A stretch of 64,000 bases of DNA from the NCBI RefSeq assembly GCF_964355755.1, contig NC_092670.1:33530388-33594387 (forward strand). The letters are read 5' to 3'. This stretch comes from Antedon mediterranea (lineage: Eukaryota > Animalia > Echinodermata). Within the stretch, counting starts at the first letter, position 1; each line of letters begins with the position of its first letter. The notes beneath the pieces are model-generated. The model was not told the DNA's origin, searched no databases, and was given only the letters and a program-made list of their open reading frames with translations. This document shows, one piece after another, positions 10,069 to 18,719 of the stretch. Both the position numbers and the translations under genes were made by a program.

Positions 10069-10704
10069 TTATATTCTAGGCACGTAAACAAAGTGATTGG
10101 TTTTTGAAAATATGTTACTTCTAACCCTCATTTCCTCGGGGGTATTTGCTTTTAGATCGATTAAAAGAAAACCGTACGGTACGCGGGTAGCGTCTTCAAA
10201 AGCCTCCTGTAAAAAACGTCCTTTACCGGGGTACATTTGTTTAGATAGATTAGCTATTTGTGATTTATCCCGAGGGTTTTTAAATAGTATTATGTAGTGA
10301 GCGTTTAAAGTGATGGTGCGGATTTCTTTAGAACCGTAAAAAAAGTTTTGCATAATGAATATAACCGAAATGTTTCTATGATGCGATCCCTTTGTAAACA
10401 TGTTTACTACTCTTTTATCGCGGCTACACTCGGTCATTAAATCATCGATGATTACTAAATGGTTTTTTGACGGTTCCATCGTTTCTATCGAATCCATAGG
10501 TATCCCCTCTATAAATTGAATGTTGTTAATAGACCCGCTCAGTTCGGTGAAAAGGGGCTGATATTCCCCATAACACCACGTGATGTCATCGAACGGCTTG
10601 TCGAAATAATTACTTTCCAATAACTGCTTCACGAAATATGATTTTCCCGATGAGGTCGGTCCGCTAATTACGGCGGTGAAGGGGGTTACCAGTACACACG
10701 TCAT
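10069..10704 (-). CDS. A32/FtsK-like genome packaging ATPase
   Basis: Walker A GPTSSGKS, Walker B LVIIDD, SHHRNIS and IRTITLNAHYIILFKNPRD motifs; ATG at 10704 follows a TATAAAA/TCATTG pair. Confidence 0.95.
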   Translation of the reverse strand: MTCVLVTPFTAVISGPTSSGKSYFVKQLLESNYFDKPFDDITWCYGEYQPLFTELSGSINNIQFIEGIPMDSIETMEPSKNHLVIIDDLMTECSRDKRVVNMFTKGSHHRNISVIFIMQNFFYGSKEIRTITLNAHYIILFKNPRDKSQIANLSKQMYPGKGRFLQEAFEDATRVPYGFLLIDLKANTPEEMRVRSNIFSKTNHFVYVPRI

Positions 10705-10937
10705 CTTCAGTTTCAATGAGTCATAGCTTTTGTATATCGGTATTTTATAACGAGGGGGGTTCCTTATCCACATCACTCTATTTTAAAAACTGTCAACTAA
10801 TGAAAGAGAGAGAGAGGGCCGATAATATAAACCAATAGGAGCTTAATAATGATAATTACGTTAACAAATGATTGTATATCAAAACCTAAAAAATCAATTC
10901 CAACGTCATTAGCGTCTGTATACTAGTAGAGAGAGAA

Positions 10938-11494
10938 ATGGCAGATTTGGAAAAACTGACTCTATCGTACATTGAATATAAATTAACGGGGGTAGTTGTG
11001 TGGGACTCCCCAATCCTTTATAGTACTATTCGCCTTTGTAACGAGGTGGAGAAAAAGTATGGTTTGATTGCCTTGTGTAAAGACATTACTACGGAGACGT
11101 TGGATAGTGTGTTGAAAGAAATGATGATAGACCAAAATATACACGTCGGTAGACTCGTGACAGGAATTTCAGTGTGCGCACGTGTTGCGATGCAGTGTGA
11201 TACTGATTTAGAATTAGAAATCGTTAAACGCGTATCCTGCGAATTTGTGAAGGAAAAGTTTTCTTTATTGGAACTTTGTAACGACAGTGATTTGGTAAGT
11301 AAATTTCTTTTTCTTGTTATTCTCATTTTAGTAATTAAGTGTTTTTTATATTATCTTTTATTTATTATTATTATTATTATTTTTTATAGGAACTTGTTCT
11401 GTGTAGTAAGAAGCTAGGAATTAATAGAGCATGGTACTTGATCGACTGACTAGTAGGTATTTGTATAGCCTTGCTGGAACAAACTGTTTGGTGA
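10938..11494 (+). CDS. Bcl-2-like protein, two exons (10938-11294, 11390-11449; to 11494 if the UGA is read through)
   Basis: BH4-like LTLSYIEYKL, BH3-like IRLCNEVEKKY, BH1-like VLKEMMIDQNIHVGRLVT. Strong G|GTAAGT donor at 11295 and T-rich TTTTTATAG acceptor ending 11389; AATAAA at 11504. Confidence 0.72.
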
Positions 11495-11740
11495 CATTGG
11501 ATAAATAAAATATTTAAACAAGGAAGAGGAGAGATTACAATATTTATATTGGATAGGATAAAATAAAAATACAGTCAACACTACGCATGTCTTTTGTTGT
11601 TGTTGTTGTCGTCGTCATCGTCGTCGTCTACGTTAAGAAACAGACAAGTATATAATATTATAAACAAGTACGGTGTATACATTTATTTCTCGTAAAACAA
11701 AATTATGATAAAGAAAATAATTATTTACAAAAATAAATTT

Positions 11741-12125
11741 GAAACGGTAACGATATAAGAATTCAAAAGGAAAAAATATTTAAATTAAAATTACAAAATA
11801 TATTTGCTTTAAAAAAATAGAAACGGTATCGACTTTATAAACTTTATAAACAAAATTGAAAATGTATAAAAAATATTTACATTAAAACTTGAAATATAAT
11901 TTGCTTAAACTACAAAAAAGGAAACGGTAACGACATAAGAATTCAAATGTAAAAAAATATTTAAATTAAAAATACAAAATATATTTACTTAATCTACTAA
12001 CAGAGAAACGGTACCGACTTTATAAACAAAATTAAAAGAAAATTTGATTAAAAACATGTATAAAAATATTTACATTAAAACTACAAATATATTTTGCTTA
12101 AGCTACAAAAAAGGAAACGAATTTA
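11741..12125. repeat. AT-rich tandem repeat inside the Polinton (~180-bp dimeric unit, about two copies)
   Basis: GAAACG(GTA) recurs at 11741, 11820, 11921, 12005 and 12114, with alternating A/B-type downstream sequence. Confidence 0.85.
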
Positions 12126-12241
12126 TAAAGGAAATTGAGTGCATGAAATTACATAAAAAGTAACAATTTATTATTTATATATATAAAAAAAAAAGTAAGT
12201 TATATTTTAAAAGAAAAAGAGATGAAATTTATTGCAGTGAT

Positions 12242-15200
12242 TTACCAAACATAACCGTAAGGAACTGTACGATAATTTTCGATAATAATTCTTTTATCGT
12301 ACACGATTCGATAGTCTTTAGTCGATGTTTCGTTGACTATCTTACGTGTTTTTGGCTTGCGCGTTATACGATTCTTCTCAACTGTCTTAATTGTATTAGG
12401 ACCAATACCTCTTACCATATTGGAGACGGTGTCAAAGTTAATTTTCTGAGCGTTTGTAAAATTAAGGGTAAAACCTTTAACTTTACAAACGGTCTTCCCT
12501 GTATCCAATTTATAGGCGTAGTTCTTAGGCCCCCCAGAAACAAAGGACTCGATGTACTTACCGTCTTTAGGGTCGACCTCGGTCGTTAACTGACCCAAGT
12601 AGTCGCCCAGGGGAGGGTCCCAAACCCCGGGTTTTGACACGAAGATTACGCTGTCGGTATCGTAATACAGGACACGTTCCTGTAATTTCTCCAACAGTTC
12701 GTATAATTTTAAACGCGCTAGCGCTGTGGTAAATGCGGCAATGACAACGTTAACCTTTCGGTTAACTTCAACAAATTGTTCCTCGTCTTCGTATTTTATT
12801 TCAGCCAAATCATCATTAACAAAATTTAGATCATGAACGACTACCCGTGGGTTCGATAAAATATCGTAAACCTCGTTAGGATCTTGCGTATATTTAATTC
12901 TCGTGAGATTTTCACGCTGACCAAATTTACCCCAAAAACTATTTAGCATTAATTTGGCCAGAGATCGAAGCCCAGGATTGTACGCAATGTCGTCATGATT
13001 CAAGTCGATACCTTCTACGGTTCGATAGTCCGAAATATATTTTTGTTTATCTTCGGGCGTTTTACACCATTCAGGCCAACCCGAAGCTTCTTGTTTCAAT
13101 TTTAAAAATGTGTTAATGTAAGAGGCAAATAGACCGGACGAGGGAGAATCTGCAGAGTACGCGCTTTTATTTTTAAAGTGCCATACTACGTGAACTTTAC
13201 GTATCTCGTACCCAACCTCCACGGCTTTAGCGACCTCGATCGTTGCCCAAGAACCTGTAAATTCTCTATCTGTACCAGAATGATTGCAAGCGGTTTGTTG
13301 TTGAGAATCGACGCATGTTCTACAGAGAGCAAACATTAATTTACCGTTTGATCTATAAGGTAAGACTGGATGGAATAAATTTTTAGGCGCTTCGATAGTA
13401 CACTTTATCAAACCGAAATACTCGTTGATATCTGTGGACATGTCTTTGCGATCATCGATTTCAGGATGTCCTACGGGGTAGGTACCGTATTTATTTACAT
13501 AAGGGTACAAGGAAGTATAATCGATGTAATTAATTTCTTCACCCGGTTTTACCTTATAGAACAAACAACTGGCATTAGTCCTCCCACCGAAAAACGCGTC
13601 TCTTGGATTCAAAGTTTGCCTAATGAAAGGAACTTTGGAGACGATAGATTTAATGTTAGGGGCCAGCGATTGTTTGATCCGTTTCCATTCGTGTTCCCAA
13701 ATTTCGACGTACTCAAAATCTGGAAATTGCTCCTTCAGAAACCGTGTTTTCTTGCTTGTTTTGACAAAGCATTCCAACATGGCTTCGTTAGTGAAGGGGT
13801 TAATGGAATCGGATCTATAACATTCTTGGCACCCGTGGAACAAACAGCCCATAAATTCAAAAATAATTTTGTTTTCTAAACATGCGCCGTCGACAAAGTA
13901 AGGCCCAAACATTTTTTCCCCTCCATTTCTCGCATGATGGATAAAGACCCCCCTTTTATGCGACTCGTAGCACAGCCATTCCATGCTAGAGTGAGAATGG
14001 TTAACGGTTGTCATATACCCTGATGGTGGAAATAAAGCGATGGAGGATGGTTTTAAAAAATTTCTAGAAAAGACGTGATTACACGCCGAGGCAATTGTCA
14101 TTAAATTATTTGAAAAGGGGTCAACGCCTCCGAGTAGAGGGTTTTTCGGCGATGTAGTTACTTTCAAAAAAAGATGCCTAAAAGTAAGACAACACTTTCT
14201 GAGAATATCCACATCGCTGATGCAATACTCGACGAGTTCTTTTTGGAGATTGAAAATTTGATTAGTTTCAATTTTCTGATTATACCATTTAAAGAATGAT
14301 TCTCGGCCTGAAGTAGTCATTTTATCGGGGGAATAGGTGGAAGAATCGGGATAAGGACCTACGTAATTTTTATTTTCTAAAGTATTGAAATAATGAGGAA
14401 AGTAACCTTTTTTTAGCTCGGCGATGCCAAAAGTTTTGGGTAATTTGGATAGAGACATGGGTAGAAATGAAAGGGAATCAATGAATCGGATACTCGTTTC
14501 TTTAACCTTAATTGAAATAGGTTTACCACCGCGAGCAATAATATCTGGGACAATACAGTTTTTGTATAGGTACTCGAGCACGAAGTAACTATCGTAGCCC
14601 TGGAGGTTGTGAGCGATACACGTAATGTTATGATTATATTTGTATTCGTTAAAAACGTAATTGCAAAAATCTACGCATGCAGTCTCCCCGTGAAAAGTCA
14701 TTGATTTCTCCCCACACACGTCGCACTCGTCAGAGTCATTAGCACCATCGATACAATTAAGACAAGTTTTTTGAAGAACGCATAAATTTGGTTTGTGTTC
14801 GCCAGTTTCTTGCGTGCATTCAAAATCAAAAAAGAAATATTTAGTGACAGCCCTTTTTTGGTCCTCCTGATTCTTAAACTTTTTTTCAGTATGTTTAGGG
14901 GCTACAACCGGTTCCATGTAGCATTGATGATCGTATGAAACGAAAGTCCGACAAATTCTACAAAAACGGTTTTGACAATTGTGATCTTTTTGAATAATCC
15001 TATCACAAGTTGTACAATTTTTAATTTTGTCACATACTGAAACTTTTTTAGAATCAGGAGATTTTTTATGATTGGTGAAACATTGCTGGTGTTTAAAAAA
15101 CCTATTGCACTCTTTACACTCTACAGTACTATTTACACGTGTGTTAATGGAAGGGTCACAATCGTTGTGCTTACAAAGCACACACGTATATTGGCAATTG

Positions 15201-16766
15201 TGAGAATGTTTGTGCTTATAGCCCTTGAAACATTTGTCACAGTAATAATCTACTTTTAAAAAACCTGTTATTGTTGATATGAAATCGTAATGATTATCAT
15301 GATGGTAAAGATAAATCTGCTTCTTACAATAATCGCCGCTAAAAATTACAGAATTTAAATTGTCTTTGGAAAGGACAATAATTTGATAATTTGGTAATTT
15401 GGATTGCATCTTTTTTAATTCCTCGATGCCGCAAGCTTGCTCCCTAACCCCCGAATCTCTAAGTAAATGAAGGGCGGCTGTTTTTTGTTGGCCTCGACCT
15501 CTCCTAACATTATTCCACCTAGTCACGTTGTTAATTTTGTCTTCGATCATGGAAATACCCGTAACAATAGCGCGTGCGCAGCAGATAGTTTCGTTACCAT
15601 CATTCTTAATCTTAATTACACTTCTAGAATTAAACAGTTTGTCGATACCGTTTCTTCTATGGCCCCCACCCCTAGGCATTCTCATATGGAGAACGTTAAA
15701 CTTAAATTTTTTATTAATAAATATATCAGTTTTGGACTGAAGGACCTTCATGATGGCTGCAAAAATAACATCAGCTGTCAGATGGGCCCTCCGTCCAAAA
15801 GGAATAGAGATAGGTGTATCCAACCCCTCAGCCTGAATAACTATCCGAAGCATATCGTCGACATGCACGTTAATGCAAAGATTATCGACGACATGCTCGA
15901 AAATTCTATAAAGAGTGGGCAGGAACACCTCTAAACTTAAATGGTCTACATTAAAAAAATTAACTACAAAATCGCTAATAGTAGCGTTAAAACGTTGATT
16001 AAACCTATCGACTAATTTATTTATTGTACAAAAATGACTTAAATCTACCTCGTCAAGGTTCAATTCATCGCTGTCATTATCGTCAATTTCTTCTTCTTCG
16101 GCTATCCTTGATCTTTTCCTGTTGGCTCCTTTCCCGTATTGTACCGGTACAGGCTGAAATAAAAAAGTATAACGGTAAAGAAATAGAAATAAAGCGCTTT
16201 AATACAACAACAATAGTAAAGAAAATAAAATGATAGTTACCTCATCAATAACAGAAGACTCCTGAGAATCACTATCCTCGACACTTTCCCTCATTTTCAA
16301 ACATTTGGTGTGTGCACCAATACCATACTAAAGAAAAAATTTAAAAAAAAAATTAGAAAGGAAACGCGTTGGTACTGTAAACACAGAAACACGTTCGTTT
16401 ACACAAGCTACTCTACGAGTTATATACGGTAATGAAAAAAAATGATTACGTTAAAAATATATTAAACAAAAAAACACTTACTTCTACGTGATCAATTATT
16501 AAACTTTCAGACAGATCTTGAACAATCTCTATGGCGTTATCACATATATCCGTAAGAGAAAGACTACCGGTTTCAGAAATACTTTGACTGACCGGTAAAT
16601 CAAAGTCCTGGTCTCCAAACACAAAATCCTCTAGTAAACCCACATCTGGGATATTATCGTCAGATAAATTAGCGCGCGATAGATTAACTATAGCGTCAAC
16701 AGCTCTTTGACACTCGATAAATAAACTATCGTTAGAATCAGTTGAGGAAGAAGCGAATTGAGACAT
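12242..16766 (-). CDS. polB: Protein-primed family B DNA polymerase polyprotein, three exons (16766-16482, 16327-16241, 16153-12242), ~1427 aa
   Basis: Exo motifs FFDFE, HNLQGYD, YCISDV; polymerase motifs YIDYTSLYP, KLMLNSFWGKFGQ, YYDTDS. The long ORF lacks an early ATG; two canonical phase-0 GT-AG introns join it in frame to ATG 16766. The polymerase call is near certain, the exon model is a prediction. Confidence 0.9.
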
Positions 16767-17144
16767 TGCAAAACTTTGAAGAAAAAAATCGGTACCGAAA
16801 CTTTGAAGAATTAATAAATGAATGATGAACTAAACAAGTAACACACGGTTATTAAAACCTTCCCGCGACGATTACGATTGGTCAGACATTCTTTAGTAAT
16901 TAGGAAGCCCCGCCCACAATAGTGACCAGTAGATTTAGTCTTCACCCGAAAACACTGAGGGAGGAAACGGATTAATTAATTAATACTACACAAAGGTGAC
17001 CATTGTAGTGGATAAGTCGACAAAATAATAACAATAGTACTCCTCAAACAAAGAATTACCTTCACTAATTAAAATCAAATTACATTATTTTTTAACCTTC
17101 CAATGAGCTTTACACTATTATGATTGGTCAAACACTCTTTAATA

Positions 17145-17583
17145 ATTAGGAAACTCAAAGGTGACCTATGCAATGGTCAAACCGCCTAAAAATAACAATA
17201 GCAATCCTCAAACAAAGAACTACCTTCACTAATATATTTAAAATACAAATTCATCACCAACTACAATTATAACCCAGGCCAAAACGAAAACCCCGCCAAA
17301 ATAACAAACCCTTCTCTAACAAAGAATGACCTTTCGCTAATTAATATTACAATAACAGGAAATTAAACAATAGAAAATATAATATATACCCTGGGGATAT
17401 GACATTCCTTTCCGGTCTGGTACAAAGAATGACCTTTCACTAATTATTATTACAATACCTGGAAATTAAACAATAGAAAATATGAAATATGCCCTGGGGA
17501 TATGACATTCCTTTCGGGTCTGGAATACTCCTGCCCTGGGGGTATGACCTTCCATTTTGGACTGTATTCCCTCTACCTCTACT
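17145..17583 (-). repeat. Right terminal inverted repeat of the Polinton
   Basis: Mirror of 2192-2604 with a ~30-bp extra segment near 17240-17270. Confidence 0.95.
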
Positions 17584-18035
17584 TATGAAGGTCGAATGTT
17601 TATGAAAGAGTATATCTTACGTGGAAGATGTTGACATCAACTTGGTGGGCTAGTGTGACATCTTGTGCGCACAGTCTTTCTATCGGTTTCTCAATATCTT
17701 TCTTATACTTCTTTCAGAAGAAAACATTTTTTGGCCACAACTCATCAACAAGCAACCTGTTCATGCTATCTTTATATATCTATATATATATAATTAATTC
17801 CAGATTGGTGGCTTCATTTTACCATTTATCGGTGTTGCAATGTTTATCAATGTGATTGCCGTTTCATATATAATTCCAGAAAACACATGTAAGTCGAGTG
17901 ATACCGTAAAAAAAATTCCACAACATACCGGCCGTAATTAAATAATTAAAAGAAAGCCATGTGTTTCTTCAGTTTGTTATGACTCTTGTGTGGACTTCAT
18001 TTCGAGAGGTTTATTTTTAGAGGTTGTACGGTCTC

Positions 18036-18719
18036 GTTTTTTTTTTCTCTTTTGTGGCGCAAACACCACTTTTATTCACATTCATATTATCTCATATTAC
18101 ATAAAATCGTATTATTTAATTTGTAAATGTCGTTACAGTTCATAAGTAACATTTTTACATATATGAATTCTGTATTACTCCTTTTTTCATTAATTTTCTT
18201 ATATTTTGTTATACACTTGACAGGATCATCATTATCATCTATCTCGTTTTAAAATAGTTCACACATTTTCATTTGTTTGTTTTCATTTTACAACCCGGAT
18301 TATACAATATATTTATATACATGATAAAAAAAAAACAATAATAGCTCAGTACCACCAGTAACCCGTATCACTGTAATTCCTTTTCGGTTAATCGTATCAA
18401 ATTAGAAATTATATTATCATAATCTTATTTCTTAAAGCTACCCATTTTTCTATACTTGTTTCTTTATTGTTATATGTTTCACATTCAATGTTATATAACA
18501 TATTGCTTTTAAATGAATTCCATAAAGATTTACCCACTGGCTTATTTAGTGCAGATAACATTTTTATTCTATAAATAGTAAATGCTGCAAAAGTGTAAAT
18601 ATAATCTATTAGCTTATCTCCCGTTCCTAGTATTAATTGTTTAAATGATATATTATTGTGATTTAAACTTACAAAGATACTAAGCATTTTCCTCCAATAT
18701 TTATGAATAAATCTACAAC
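18036..18719 (-). mobile_element. 5'-truncated poly(A) LINE remnant (L1/Tx1-like 3' end)
   Basis: Flanked by 9-bp direct repeat TACGGTCTC (18027-18035, 18720-18728), T-tract at the left end, residual minus-strand ORF 18409-18687; absent from the paralogous intron in copy C. Confidence 0.7.

Larger units (their letters stand above)
2192..17583. mobile_element. Complete Polinton/Maverick (adintovirus-like endogenous virus), 15,392 bp
   Basis: 5'-AGTAGAGGTAGAGG...CCTCTACCTCTACT-3' termini, long TIRs, 6-bp TSD TATGAA (2186-2191 and 17584-17589), and ORFs for pPolB, integrase, ATPase, protease, MCP and mCP. Confidence 0.98.

Noticed and set aside
11295-11417. Long hydrophobic C-terminus of the 159-aa ORF taken as the genuine Bcl-2 transmembrane tail
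   Set aside because: It is translated T/ATT-rich low-complexity sequence bounded by strong splice signals, so more likely intron; kept only as a possible retained-intron isoform.
11590-11635. (GTT)n(GTC)n tract as a minus-strand poly-Asp/Asn or poly-Thr exon
   Set aside because: A possible acceptor exists, but frames close within 16-28 codons and I found no partner exon.
11741-12125. CRISPR-like array of GAAACGGTA repeats
   Set aside because: The spacers are themselves repeated and of uneven length, the context is eukaryotic and no cas genes are present.
13466-15934. Plus-strand ORFs of 63-155 aa overlapping PolB, and similar antisense ORFs over integrase, mCP, MCP and ATPase
   Set aside because: Antisense shadows of long coding frames with no recognisable motifs.
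16446-16766. Stand-alone 106-aa acidic gene
   Set aside because: A GTAAGT donor at 16481 and in-frame downstream exons make it better explained as PolB exon 1.
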